Shown: piece after piece, positions 16,215-29,900 of the stretch
How positions within the stretch are numbered: position 1 is the stretch's first letter
Layout of the letters: every line of letters starts with the position of its first letter
Position numbers and translations under genes: made by a program
Source: Eledone cirrhosa
Lineage: Eukaryota
Direction of reading: 5' to 3'
Assembly (NCBI GenBank): GCA_964016885.1
Contig: OZ024741.1
Span: forward strand, 219,480,001 to 219,544,000
DNA length: 64,000 nucleotides
Notes under the pieces: generated by a model
The model's input: the letters and a program-made list of their open reading frames with translations, nothing else
What the model was told of the DNA's origin: nothing
Databases searched by the model: none

Positions 16215-16338
16215 GTAACTCTATAAGAGACTTAAAATCGATCAGTTAGACTTGTTTGTATGGACGCAGATTTAAAATAAAATCTGCGTCCATACAAACA
16301 TGTCTATCCGATCGATTTTAAGTCTCTCATAGGGTTAC
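16215..16338. repeat. Palindromic MITE-like element with about 59-bp arms
   Basis: ...TTTGTATGGACGCAGATTT / AAATCTGCGTCCATACAAA... Confidence 0.7.
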
Positions 16339-16599
16339 TCCCTTGATAATAGGTTTTTAAACCAAAAAATATTTGGGATCGTTAAATTTGCTAAGGTAAG
16401 ATACCTTTGTTATCTTGGCAATTTAACATTCTTCATAACGCATTGTTTTGGTTTTCAAAATTTAAATTTGTGTTTTAAATATTAGTGTTTAACTATTATT
16501 GTGGTCAGGTCTGCCATAGCCAGTCCCAAGCCCAGTTGAGAAGGGAAAAGGGCTGGCCATTGGGTTGAGATACTATCTAAAAAAAAGTCTAAAGTCCGT

Positions 16600-16845
16600 C
16601 ACAAACCCAAAGGCTCATCAGGCCAGTGCTTATCCCATTTAACATGGCTTTAAGTGACTGAGAGTACAAGACCCACCCCATTGGACAGGATGCCAGTCGA
16701 TCATGGGGTTAAAGTCTGTCCCAAGCCCAGATGCTCATCAGGCCAGTGCTTATCCCATTTAACATGGCTTTAAGTGACTGAGAGTACAAGACCCACCCCA
16801 TTGGACAGGCTGCCAGTCGATCATGGGGTTAAAGTCCGTCCCAAG
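16600..16845. repeat. Two tandem 120-bp copies of a SINE-related fragment
   Basis: CTCATCAGGCCAGTGCTTATCCC at about 16614 and 16734; related to 34065-34310. Confidence 0.75.
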
Positions 16846-17110
16846 TCTGCTCTCCAAACAAGCAAGTCTATAGGGTTACTCCCTTGATAATTGGTTTTTA
16901 AACCTGAAAATATTTGGGATCATTAAATTTGCGAAGGTAAGATTCTTTGTTATCTTGGCAATATAACACCCTTCATCATCATCATCATCATCATCATCAC
17001 CGTTTTACGTCCGTTCTTCCACGCTAGCATGTGTTTCCTATTAAACAATGCTTCAAGCAAGCTACAAAACTCTGTTATATATATATTATATATGTATTAT
17101 ATATAATATA

Positions 17111-17299
17111 GGCGGTGGATTGGCAGTATTGGTAGAGGGTCGGATGCCATGCTTTGACGCATAGAGTTACGGCCCTTGCCATTCTGAGTTCAAATCCCAC
17201 CGAGGTTAACTTTGCCTTTCATCCTTACCGGGTCGATAAAATAAAGTACCAGTAATGTACTGGGTAATTGCTGGCCTTGTGCCAAAAGAAGAAACAATT
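17111..17299 (+). mobile_element. SINE family 1, full length
   Basis: GGCGGTGGATTGGCAGTATTGG ... GAGTTCAAATCC ... GGCCTTGTGCCAAAAGAAGAAACAATT. Confidence 0.85.
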
Positions 17300-17339
17300 A
17301 TATATAATATATATATATATATATTATATATGTATTATA

Positions 17340-18935
17340 TTTCATTTCATTTCATTTCATTTGAGTTTGAGTCCATGCTCAGGCCAAGTCGAAGACTCCA
17401 CCCTCAGAGTCTGGTGTGGTTGCCAGGTTGGATTCTCTGTTTAATTTTGACATGTGTAGGAGCGAGTTTGAGTCAGTTTGTGCTCGTTGTGTATATCCTG
17501 GGAGATGGGGTTCATCTCTAATGGTGCTTAAGTATCTATCCAGCTGCAATTTGAATGATTCCACACTGCATCCTGATAGATTTCTGACATATACCGGAAT
17601 GGAGTTGAATAGTTGTGCCCCTCGAACCAACAGACTTGACTCTCACAGGGTTTTTGCTGCCTGGCCAGCCCTTTTGTTGATTGGTGGTAGCTGGCAGCGT
17701 CTTCCGTGGCGCAGTGAGTGGTAGGTTTTGATACCAAAGTTTGGCACCTTTTGCTCTATCATTTTCCAAATGTATATAATTCGGTATCGCTCAAATCTTC
17801 TTTCTATTGAGTACATCTTTAAGGTTCTGAGTCTTTGCCAATAGTCCAGGTCCCTCGTTTCTGAGAAGTATGAGGTAAAATTTCTTTGGAGCGATTCCAT
17901 CTTAGATAGTTGGCCCTTTGTTGTTGGTGACCACAACTGAGAACAGTAGTAAATCCTCAGAAGTACCATACTGTTCCAGAGGGTTTTCATTGTTGAGGTA
18001 TCTCTTGATTTGAAGGTGCGCAAGATCCACCCGCTGTACTTTCTTGCAGTAAGACAGACTGAGACAAGGTGTTCTCTGAATTTTAGGCTGGTTCCCATGT
18101 GGATGCCTAAATATTTCACACACTGTTTTTCCATTATTTGTTGTCCTGATGGGTTTCTGTAGTTTGTTGTATTTTTCAGATCTTGATCTGTTCCGTAGCG
18201 AATTAGTTCAAACTTCTTATCATTGAACAACGTGTTGTTTGTTTCCTGCCATTTGTATATGGTGGTTAGGTCCTTTTGTAAGGCCTCTGTATCCACCTCG
18301 TCTTTGATTTGTCTCATGACCCTGGTGTCATCAGCAAAGGATGAGATGTTGCTGGTTGTATCTTCATCTATCAGAGATGAGGATGAGAAACAGGATCGGG
18401 CCGAGTACTGTACCCTGAGGAACACTGCTGGTCACAGGTGATGGTGTTGAATGGGTTCCATTCACAGTGACTGTTTGAGTTCTATTTGTAAGGAACTCAT
18501 GTATCCATGTACCAACTTTTCCTCCTACTCCTAGCTTTCGAAGTTTGTGTCCCAGTATGCCATGATCTACCTTGTCAAATGCCTTGGCAAAGTCGAGGTA
18601 AATAACATCTGTGTTGTATCCATTCTCTAGATTTTCTAGGATTTGGTCATGGTGTGCCAGTAGTTGAGAAAGACATGATCTACCTAACCTGAATCCATGC
18701 TGATTGCAATTCATCAGATTGTTGGATTCCAGGAACTCAACCAGTTTTCCACAAACTATTCTTTCGAAAACCTTGATAATGTGTGATGTCAGTGAGATTG
18801 GTCGGTAGTTCTTTGGTTTTCATTTGCTGTCCCCTTTTATGTATTGGAGTTATGTGTGCTTCTTTATATGTATTTGGTATTTTGCCATTCTCCATAGATT
18901 CCTTCCATATCATGTAAAGGGGTTTCAACAATTGT
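17340..18935 (-). mobile_element. CR1-clade LINE, 5'-truncated, frameshifted
   Basis: NQHGFR...YLDFAKAFDKVDH...VPQGTVLGPILF...FADD; (AAATG)n tail. Confidence 0.9.
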
Positions 18936-19206
18936 ACCTTGCAGTATATATATTTGTTTACAAACAAACTGAACATTATAATAAATGTTCGGTAAACCCA
19001 TACGTACATATATATATGTGTGCATGTATGTATGTATGTATATACATACTACTGCACGTCTGTATACATATATGTATGTACGTATACATACTTATATTTA
19101 TTATATATGTATTATATGTATTACAGTGAAATTCTGTTGTAACGAAATTCACAGGTATAAAAAAAGATGTTATTCTGAAAAATTTGTTATAATGGAATTC
19201 TCTCTC

Positions 19207-19240
<34 letters not shown>

Positions 19241-19386
19241 GGAACAAGTTGAAACGGCTTGAGCTCTGCCGTCGGGGTCATACTTGTTCCTATTACCCAT
19301 TCTACTACCCTAAGTATTGAGTACTTTGGTGCGTTATGGTCTATCTGGTTCCTTACCACATTTCCTTCTTTATATATATATATATG

Positions 19387-19683
19387 TAAAAGTTCTATTT
19401 AAATTGTTGGGATACAACAAGCAAATATTTTTATAACTGATATAAAGCACTCAACAAATTATTGGAGTAAAATACGATATATTAACAAATGGAAACTATA
19501 TTTATAAAACCATATTTATTTCATTATACATATTTCAAGGACACCAAGTTAAATTATGGTGTGCTTTCATCAGATAAAATTTAACCATAATTTAACCATA
19601 ATTTAACTTGGTGTCCTTGAAATATGTATAATGAAATAAATATGGTTTTATAAATATAGTTTCCATTCATTTGTTAATATATC

Positions 19684-19687
<4 letters not shown>
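19387..19687 (-). mobile_element. Third fold-back pseudo-LTR of the 5175 family, with hammerhead at 19520-19578
   Basis: Minus strand TTTAT-CTGATGA-AAGCACACCA..TGGTGTCCTT-GAAA-TATGTA-TA-ATGAA; inverted arm about 19594-19687; (TA)n flanks. Confidence 0.8.
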
Positions 19688-19741
<54 letters not shown>

Positions 19742-19748
<7 letters not shown>

Positions 19749-22080
19749 TAAGGATACTATTTATAGTTATGTATATTTTAAACTTTTTATAGTTATGTAT
19801 ATTTTAAACCATAAACAGTGAAGGTCAGTAATTTATTACTACCTTATTACCAGTAAGATAAATAGCTCAATGTAAGAACATCAGTTGTTCTACAGAGCAG
19901 TTATATAGAATTCACAAGAATCAAAGCTATGTTCAAAGCATTTATTCACTTACAATTGTTTCATCCAAACCTAGGCTTGGAGTCTTCGGAGCATTTTTCA
20001 ATGCTTGTACATATAATTGACCTCCTATCCAATGCAAGAGACATACAGATACATATATATTGATGTACAGTGGAGTGACATATATTATACTATACTATAT
20101 TTGTACAGCAATTCAAATTTAAAATCAAAATTAAAATACATGCGGCAGATAACACAGATAATGCAAGAGGATATTTCGATAATCAGATCTAGTAGATAGT
20201 GTATGCGTTAGTCATACATGGAGCATGCAAGTGTGTCTCATTTATATACGAGTATTGTGTGGCAAGGTGTTACATGTAATGCAAGCACTTTAAGCGGGTA
20301 AGCAAGAGTACTATGGTGGTTGTAGTGGGAGGGTATTTTTTGTATAGATCAAAAAAGTATGTGTGCAGAAAAAGAAAAAGAAAGTTATAGTTTTCACATC
20401 CATCACATATGTTACGATGTATTAGTATTGAATGTTTGATGTAGTAAATGATTGTAACATATTGAGGCTCAGTGATATTTAATCCATATTTATAGAATAG
20501 GTTATTTCTGCTGCGAGAATTTACAGCGGTTTATTATCCGGAAGTAGGTATGCAATTAAGGGGAGTTAATGCATAAGGGGAGGTAACTAGCTGATTCTCA
20601 TAACTAAATTCATTGTTCTAACATACATTATATGGTGCCTCAATTGAGTCCCTTATATAAGAGGTTATATATTTATATTTAATTTTAAATACAGTCTACT
20701 CTATCAAAATGTATTAAAGGTATCTATAGGAAGTTGATTACTCCTTATTATATATCGCTATTAGGCGGTGGATTGGGAGTATCGGTAGAGGGTCGGACGC
20801 CATGCTTTCCAGCATAGTTACGTCCCTTTATGATCTGAGTTCAAATCCCGCCGAGGTTGACTTTGCCTTTCATCCTTACGGGGTCAATAAAATAAAGTAC
20901 CAGTAATGCACTGGGTGATTGCTGGCCTTGTGCCTAAAGTAGAAACAATTATATATCGCTATAATTGAATTTTCCACACAAAGTGCTATATCTTTATATC
21001 AAAATTCACTGTAAATACAGTCTACTCTCAAAACATATCAAAGGACCAATTAGAATTTTGTCTACATAGCCCCTGGTAAGCTATGGAGCAGCGTACGGCT
21101 GTTTGCATGATAAAATCAAATACATCTCTTGGGTAAACAAATACATCCCTCATTTACAATGTCATTAATCTATCCATCAAGTTATACATGCATATATAAT
21201 TCATATATAATTCATTGCACCACCCTACATATAAGTTAGACAGATCCCTTATGTTAATAAATTAATCCTATATATATCCAATGTTATTACTCTATACATT
21301 TAATTACACATGCATATATAATTCACTGCCGTATCTAGTATTTAAAGTTTATATAGATTGCATTATATTTCAATCCCTATATAATTATAAGTAATTAAAA
21401 GTAATTATATTAAAAGTTGGTGTTTATGGGGATATTTCTAGGGTATAAAATTATAGATAGATAGAATGATTTGTGTCGAGGAAAGGGTGGATCAGAGAGT
21501 GTGGTGTAGTGGTGGAAGGCAAGCCCTTGAGGTGTGGTGTTAGAAGTAGTGATGGGTTCAAGTCTGACATTATTATATATTGGGTTTAAAGCTTTGGAAG
21601 GAGTGTCGGAAGCGGTGCTGGCACGATTTTTTATTAAGGAGGTTAAGGTTTGAAAAGATTATAGTATGGGTCTCTAGTAGACAGAGGTTACAGAATTTAT
21701 TAGGTGGTTTGTACGATTCCGCCTTACCTATCACTTCCCATTGAAGTGTATATGATCTATTTCTAGTTTTCAGATAGTGTATGTAGCTAGATAGTGAAGT
21801 GGAGTTGGCTAGACTGTGTTTTTTGAAAGAATGGAGATATGAGTTGTATCTCGTTTTGAAGCAGTTCGAAGTAGAGCCTATATAGGTTTCAGAAGAGTTT
21901 CTAGTTCTGACCGTGCATAAGTAGATGATGTCCTTGATTAAGCAGTTTTTACCTAAAGGGCAGGTTCTATTAGATCTACAGTTACATTTATTTTGGATGT
22001 TAACCTGTCGGTTATTATGTTGTGTAGAAGTCTGGTTGCTAGGTATTGCATTATGGCTATGAAGGTGTCGCTCCTAATGC
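19742..22080 (-). mobile_element. Penelope-like element: GIY-YIG C-terminus, long 3' region, hammerhead motif at 19947-19993
   Basis: About 21986-21573 translates CNCRSNRTCPLGKNCLIKDIIY...YIGSTSNCFKTRY...LQWEVI...CNLCLLE...LLNKKSCQH (not in the ORF track); ends at (TA)n. Confidence 0.85.
20763..20948 (+). mobile_element. SINE family 1 nested in the Penelope-like element
   Basis: Target-site duplication ATTATATATCGCTAT on both sides. Confidence 0.85.
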
Positions 22081-22084
22081 TATG

Positions 22085-25000
22085 TGCATCCCCAGTCCTC
22101 CGTTGGAAGGGTGTTGACAGCAAATAAATCTTCTCACCAAAGAAGCCCGCTTCTTCCAAAGGAATTGGAAGAGCACGCGCTCCATTTTGGCGAGCGTTTT
22201 TCCTGGACAAGGCACGACGGTCAAGCGGTAGTAGATGACGGACGCTATAAAAGTGTTTGCCACGTCCGCTCGACCTTTCAAAGATAGTTTGCACTCGGCC
22301 CACTTCTGGGTGAGTGCAAATACCTTGGGCGTCACCTCATTCCAGTTCTTCTCCACTGGTGGTCCGGACCAAACCAGACCCCGAGCAGCTTTACCGGTCC
22401 TTCTGTCCAGCGTCCGACGACGCCATCGGAAGGCATCGGTTTGCCATTCCACGATCCGAGTTGCAAACCGACGGACTTTTCCCGGTTCAGAATCGCCCCT
22501 GTCAACCTTTCGTATTCATTCAGTAAGGTGCTGACTTCCTAGATTTGTAAGGTGCTCGACACCAATACTCGACACCATTACTGTCACGTCGTCGGCGTAG
22601 GCCGACGCCACTTTCCGCAGTCCCGGTTCTAGAGGGATGCCCTGCAATAGCTCCAACTTCTGCAGTAGTGGCTCGAGAGTCAGTACGTACAGAATGGAGG
22701 AGAGAGGGCATCCCTGTCGGATGGATCGCGTAATATGGAACGGCTCTGAGAGGTAGCCGTTCACCTTGACCCTTGAGCAGATGTTGCTGTTGTGCATTGC
22801 AGCAATCCAGCCCCTGAACACGGGTCCGAAACCTGCCGCCTCGAGCACCGCATCCAGGTAACGATGGTCAACCGTATCGAAAGCCTTAGACTGATCCAAG
22901 TTGATCAGGGCCCCACCGAAGCCGGGTTTACATCCTACTCTCTCTATGATGTATCGCATGAGGTGGAGGTTGTCGTGTATGGACCTGGTCGGGATTGCGC
23001 ATGTCTGCGCTTCTCCCACCAGGTTTTCGACGACAAGCGCCAGCCTCTTTGCCAACACCTTGGCCAAAATCTGTAACTCTGTGTTTAGCAGAGTTATTGG
23101 CCGGAAGTTGCTTATGTTATCCCCCTTATTCTCGTCCTTCATGACTAGTGTGACTACGCCCCTGGTTACAGAACTGGGAATTCTCCCGCTTTGCTGCCAG
23201 TTGCAGTAGACCGCTTCCAGGAGACCAGAGAACAAGTCCAGCATTACTACGTAAAATTCGTAGGGTAGACCGTCGAGACCTGGATATTTGCGTTTGCCGC
23301 ATTGGCTCAGCGCATCCGCTATCTCAGCGGCTAAAATCGGCTTTTCGCAGAACTTCGCTTCGCTGTCCGAGAGTCGCGGTAGGCCGTCGAGGTATGGACT
23401 GAAATCCATAGAACCCTCCCGGCGCGCCACCATGCCCGAACAGCTGAGAAAATTGCCGCTGAAAGGCCTCGCACATCTGCTTTGGCTCACGTATCACGCG
23501 TCCCTCTTGGTGCTTCAAAGACCGAAACGTGGACTTGTTGCCACTTTTTGCCTCTGTCACCCATGCCCAGGTAACACATTTGGTTCCTTCTTTACCTAGA
23601 GCACGTATTTTGCTTTTGACAATGCAGCCCTCGTGCTTTGCGTCGAAGTACTGGTCCAAGGCCGTTCTCGTTGCTAGCATGCTGGCTACGTTGCCACTTC
23701 TAATTGCCTCTTCTACTTTATCTATCAGTTCCTTCTCGGTCCTATTTCTATTTAACGCTAATTCTTTATTAAAAACTAACGAGTCTAATCTAACTGCCCT
23801 CTTGAGAGAGTACCACCATCTATTGTTGACAATGGCCCCTGTCAAGTGCTGTTTAACTAAAGTGCTAATCCGTCTACTGTAGGCTTTGCATGTCGGTAAC
23901 GATAAGTTCAGCTTCCAGTAGCCGGGTCCATGTCTATGGGTTCTATCAAGGTTGACCATGCAGGACACTAGTTTGTGATCCGAATAGGCAACCATGAACA
24001 TTTGTGGACAGCTTAACATGTCCCTATCTTTATTTCTAATTAGAACCCTATCTAGGTACGATCTAGATGTTCCGCTGCGATTAGTCCACGTCCACAGTGG
24101 CACAGTCGGAAAATCTAGTCGATATCTAGGCCAGGTCAAATCGGCCGATTAACTGTTTGAGGCTGCTACACTCCCCTTTATCGGGACATGCTCCCACATA
24201 GTCCCAACGTGCATCTAGAATTCCATTCCAGTCCCACACTAAAAGCAAGGAGCGGGACGTTCCCAGAAAAGTCCCTAGACATTTGAAGAATCTGGCCGCC
24301 GGTGTCCCGGATGATGCATATGCGGCCACCAGCCTGAAGGCTCCACCTTCGCTACCGTTAACGTCTAGGATCACCAGTCGACCCCGGGTCCAGATGTATC
24401 GTCTGTGTTACGAGGTCCAGGTGTTTCCGTAGCAAAACGGCAATCCCGCCCCCACCTCCCGGCTGACGGAGAGATGCGTAGATCTCAAAGTCGTCAAAGA
24501 TGGAGGCTAGCTGTCGCTCGCTGTGGATCCTGGACTCGCAAATGGCTACTACATCCATACTGTGCAACCTGAGGTCGTTTAAGAGTTTGCCCTGTTTCCA
24601 GGGCAACCCCAGGCAGCGTACATTCACACATCCAACTCTTATATTGGCCATGTTGGTGCTGAAAAGTTAAAAGAAGAGGAAAAGAAATCACCCACCTCTT
24701 CATCTCCTGGGGACCAGGCTGCACGTTTTCCATGGGGGTGTTGGAGGGGTTGTCTGGGTGGGTGGTGGTTTCCGGCGGGCTGCGGACGGAGAAGTTTGGT
24801 AGGGTGGGGGTGTCTGGGGTGAGGGTGGGGAAACATTTTAAAAGGACGTGTTTAATGGGTTTAACACAAGGATTACCCACGTCCTTAGGAAAGTTTTCCT
24901 TTAAAGATTTATAGGTGTCCGTAGGGACCCTAATCATCTTTAAATTAGGTCTGTCTGCACAGTTCGAAAAAGTTTTCCCTTCGGCGAAAACCGAAGGGTC

Positions 25001-25472
25001 GTGGGAGATGACCTCCATTAGAGTTTTGTTTTTACTGTTTATGTATGTGTAATGTTCTTGCTGTGTTGTGTTGGTTTTTGTCTGTTGTTCTTGTGGGAGC
25101 TTTCGTTTTGTTGCAGGTGTTTGTGTTTGGAGTGATGTCGTGGTTTTGTTTTCGGGACGGCGGGTTTTTGTTTGTAATGTTTGTGTTGGTAGTTGTATGT
25201 TTGTAGTGATGTTTGTTGCTTTTTTGTTCTTGTGGTATCTTTTCTTCTTTCTTTTCGAACGGAGAGGCCCTCCCCCATCTTCACTTGGTGATGATGAGGA
25301 GGCCTCGTCCGTTGTGGTGTCTGTGTTATTTGGAAGAGGTATGTTTTGGGGGAGCCGTTTTGTTTGTGGGTGATTTTGCAGTGGTTTTAGGTGGAGTGGG
25401 GTTGGTAGGGACTGTGCTTGCAGTTTGGTTGGTTGTTCTTGTTTTGGTTATGTTTGCGTGTTGTTGTTGTTT

Positions 25473-25510
<38 letters not shown>

Positions 25511-26866
25511 GCTGCTCCTGCTGTTGTTGTTGTTGTGTTGTTGTTTTGGGTGTTGGCAGTAGTGCCTCTTTTTTTTGCAGCTAGTTGACCTTCAGGTCAA
25601 CTACCTGCATAAACTAGCCTTCAGGTGACAACTATTAAACAGTGGTAACATGAAGGCCGCCTACCCTCAACAGAAATGTTTATGTATGAAATTCCATCCA
25701 GAGGCACACGGGGTATTTTAGCTATCCGTTCTGGCCTCATTTGGACCAGAACTTCCAGGCTTGTACCATTGAATGTGCCTCTGGAGGACTTTCCCAATGA
25801 AATAATTGTGTCTTCATCGAAATCGATGAAGCCAGTCACAATCCACGTAAACGTTTGGTGTAATATTTGCAATTTTAATTTTTTGGCTTCTTTTTCCCAT
25901 ATATGCGGAGAAAAAGGTGTAAAGGGGGGACACAATTGGCGACACAGAATATTTTTGTGCCGTCAATTGGTCTTTCATCAGCACCGAAATGCTTCCAAAA
26001 AGTTTACCTTTTTGGATGAAGGCAATATCCTTCATTGAATTTTTCAAAACCAATTCAATGTCGTTCTGGGATAATTGGACTGGTTTTTTTTACACATTTG
26101 AAACTGTCCTAAAAATTACTGTTTTTAGAACAGTTTCTCTACATAACTGTTGAGGAGAAGTGATGCTGAAAGCACCACTCTCACCAAAAGTTACATACTG
26201 TTTTGCATCACTTAACAGCTCCCTAACATTGGAAATGTCAAGGTATGTAAACAGTTCCGTCTTTTGGACGGTTTGAGCAAAGGAAATCTTTTCCTTGTCT
26301 GTGGAGTTGTTCGTGTTGCTGTTCTTGTTGCTGTTCATGTTGTAATTATTGTTGTTGTTGCTGTTGTTGTTGTTGTTGTTCTGGTTGGTGTTGTTCAAAT
26401 TTTTCATCTTATCGGTGTTGTTGTTGGTTTTTCCGTGTGTAGTTGTATCAATTGTTTCAATTTCATCATTTTCTGTATTTTTTGGTGTCTGTTGTGGGCT
26501 GTTATTTTCATCTTTTGTTGTGTGAATATTCATTTCTTTACGAAACGAAGTTTGTTGTTGTTCGTCTCCACAGATACTTCTATGGAAATAGAGGGAGATA
26601 TAACGTTTATATCTGTCTCTTTCCTTTTCTTCTCACAGTCTAGCGTTCGTTGTACGTCACACATTGTTAAAGTTAGGAAAATTTTTAAAACTTGTCAACT
26701 TTTTTAAATTAAATTTCCGCCCTGTGGGGCGAAAACTGATATTACCACCCAGCTGACAATTCAGCCTGGGTGTTGATCTATCAAACAATATAAAATTCTA
26801 CACAATGAATACTGTTTTTGTATGGAAAATTTTACAAAAACTTACCACCGATCTACCGCACGTCCG
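22085..26866 (-). mobile_element. Tx1/L1-type LINE family A, copy 1 (3' end lost, frameshifted)
   Basis: ORF1 fragments; APE endonuclease (NVR.L, SYLDRV, SDHK); RT (DQSKAFD, QGCPLS, YADD). Confidence 0.9.
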
Positions 26867-26904
26867 ATAGAGATATATATATATACATATATATATTATA
26901 GATA

Positions 26905-29900
26905 TGTTTTTTATTAGCCACAGGGGCATAAAAGAAGGGGACAAATACAAAGGGGGAAGTTTACATACAATAAAAACGTGTAAAATGTTATCACAAATGG
27001 AACTTAAAAAGTTAGTCGATTTTGCCCAATAGAGGGAGACAGTTTATATGGGTAACACATACCCCCGAAAAAATGTGCAACCCTCATCTCCAGGAGTACG
27101 AAGAGTTTGTACTCCTTTCCTCTCCTCCTCCTTTTCCTCAACCTACAGGCTGATATAGAGAGAAAGCCCATTCAGTCGGGCCATTCTCGCCACTTTCACC
27201 CACCTTTCATAAAACTTGCTGGGGTACAGCACCTCTCTCTCCATCCTGATTCTTCTTCCAAAGTGGTATTTGAAAAAAAAGAATCAGTTGTTGGCCGGAG
27301 AGGTGTCTGACCTCAGCCCTTTTAACCTCGTCCACCATACAACCTCTTTCGCCATAGCTATCACACAAAGCAAAACCGCCTCTCCTTCGTTTTTGAAGGA
27401 GGGTGGCGGTTTGATCATGACAATGGACTCGGTGGTCAACCGGATTGGTCCCACTCGCGACAATAGTCGTTCTACATAGCCCCACAGGTCAGTGACGCCC
27501 GGGCAGTGTATGAATGCGTGCGCGACGGTTTCTTCGTCTCGTACGCACCTCGGACAGATCTTTTTTGCAGGGTCCCTGCCCGGGCGCCCATGTCTGTAGA
27601 GCTTGTCTCGAACTGGTAGAGCTCCTCGGTAGCACTGCCAGGCCAGGGACTTTTGGAAGTTGTCCATCGGTCCCAGGCGGAAGGTCCTACCGAACAGACT
27701 GGCCAGTTCATCTTCCTCTACGCCTAGAGTTTCACCGAGCGCGTCGTCGCACTTGCTGCGGATCAACCCTCTATAGAATGACGAAGTGGAGTCTCCACTG
27801 ATCGCCGGGTCCGCCTGCCAGAGGGCTGTGAGCGCCTGAGCACATTCGATGTGCCAGTCTCCCATTTTCCTCGGTCAGCGAGACGAGTGGTGGGAAGGCT
27901 CGCCTCACGAACGGGGCCCACACCGGTTGTCCGGTGAGGAATACGTAGAGATGCCGCAGCCTGAGCACGTGTTTGCGCATCGTCAACCACGGTATCCCCA
28001 GCCCTCCGTTAGAAGGGTGTTGGCAGCAGATGGATCTTCCCACCAAAGGAGCCCGCCTCTTCCAAAGGAATTGGAAGAGAGCGCGCTCCTTTTTGGCGAG
28101 CGTTTTGGCTGGACAAGGCACGACGGTCAAGCTGTAGTAGATGACGGACGCTATAAAAGTGTTCACCACTTCCGCTCGACATTTCAAGGATAGTTTGCAC
28201 TTGGCCCACTTCTGGGTGAGTGCAAATACCTTGGGCGTCACCTCATTCCAGTTTTTCTCCACCTGGAGGTCCGGACCAAACCAGACCCCGAGCAGCTTTA
28301 CCGGTCCTTCTGTCCAGCGTCCGACGACGCCATCGGAAGGCATCGGTTTGCCTCTCCACGATCCGAGTTGCAAACCGATGGACTTGTCCCGGTTCAGCTT
28401 CGCTCCTGTGAAACTTTCGTATTCCTTCAGTAAGGTGCCGACTTCCTCGATTTGCGAGGCGCTCGACACCATTACTGTCACGTCGTCGGCGTAGGCTGTC
28501 GCCGCTTTCCGCAGTCCCGGTTCCAGAGGGATGCCCTGCAATAGCTCCAACTTCTGCAGTAGTGGCTCGAGAGTCAGTACGTACAGAAGGGAGGAGAGAG
28601 GGCATCCCTGTCGAATGGATCGCGTAATATGGAACGGCTCCGAGAGGTAGCCGTTCACCTTGACCCTTGAGCAGATGTTGCTGTTGTGCATTGCAGCAAT
28701 CCAGCCCCTGAACACGGTCCGAAGCCTGCCGCCTCGAGCACCGCATCCAGGTAACGATGGTCAACCCTATCGAAAGCCTTAGACTGATCCAAGTTGATCA
28801 GGGCCCCACCGAAGCCGGGTTTACATCCTACTCTCTCTATGATGTATCGCATGAGGTGGAGGTTGTCGTGTATGGACCTGGTCGGGATTGCGCATGTCTG
28901 CGCTTCTCCCACCAGGTTTTCGACGACAAGCTCCAGCCTCTTTGCCAACACCTTGGCCAAAATCTGTAACTCTGTGTTTAGCAGAGTTATTGGCCGGAAG
29001 TTGCTTATGTCATCCCCCTTATTCTCGTCCTTCATGACTAGTGTGACTACGCCCCTGGTTACAGAACTGGGAATTCTCCAGCTCTGCTGCCAGTTGCAGT
29101 AGACCGCTTCCAGGAGACCAGAGAACAAGTCCAGCATTACTACGTAAAATTCGTAGGGTAGACCGTCGACACCTGGAGATTTGCGTTTGCCGCATTGGCT
29201 CAGCGCGTCCGCTATCTCAGCTGCTGAAATCGGCTTTTCGCAGAACTTCGCTTCGCTGTCCGAGAGTCGCGGTAGGCCGTCGAGGTATGGACCGAAATCC
29301 ATAGAACCCTCCCGGCTCGCCACCATGCCCGAACAGCTGAGCAAATTGCTGCTGAAAGGCCACGCACATCTGCTTCGGCTCACGTATCACGCGTCCGTCT
29401 TGGTGCTTCAAAGACCGAAACGTGGACTTGTTGCCACTTTTTGCCTCTGTCACCCATGCCCAGGTAACAGCTTTGGTTCCTTCTTTACCTAGAGCACGTA
29501 TTTTGCTTTTGACAATGCAGCCCTCGTGCTTTGCGTCGAAGTACTGGTCCAAGGCCGTTCTCGTTGCTAGCATGCTGGCTACGTTGCCACTTCTAATTGC
29601 CTCTTCTACTTTATCTATCAGTTCCTTCTCGGTCCTATTTCTATTTAACGCTAATTCTTTATTAAAAACTAACGAGTCTAATCTAACTGCCCTCTTGAGA
29701 GAGTACCACCATCTATTGTTGACAATGGCCCCTGTCAAGTGCTGTTTAACTAAAGTGCTAATCCGTCTACTGTAGGCTTTGCATGTCGGTAACGATAAGT
29801 TCAGCTTCCAGTAGCCGGGTCCATGTCTATGGGTTCTATCAAGGTTGACCATGCAGGACACTAGTTTGTGATCCGAATAGGCAACCATGAACATTTGTGG

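Noticed and set aside
17111-17200. tRNA genes suggested by A/B boxes
   Set aside because: They are SINE heads followed by a shared central domain and tail; I saw no complete cloverleaf
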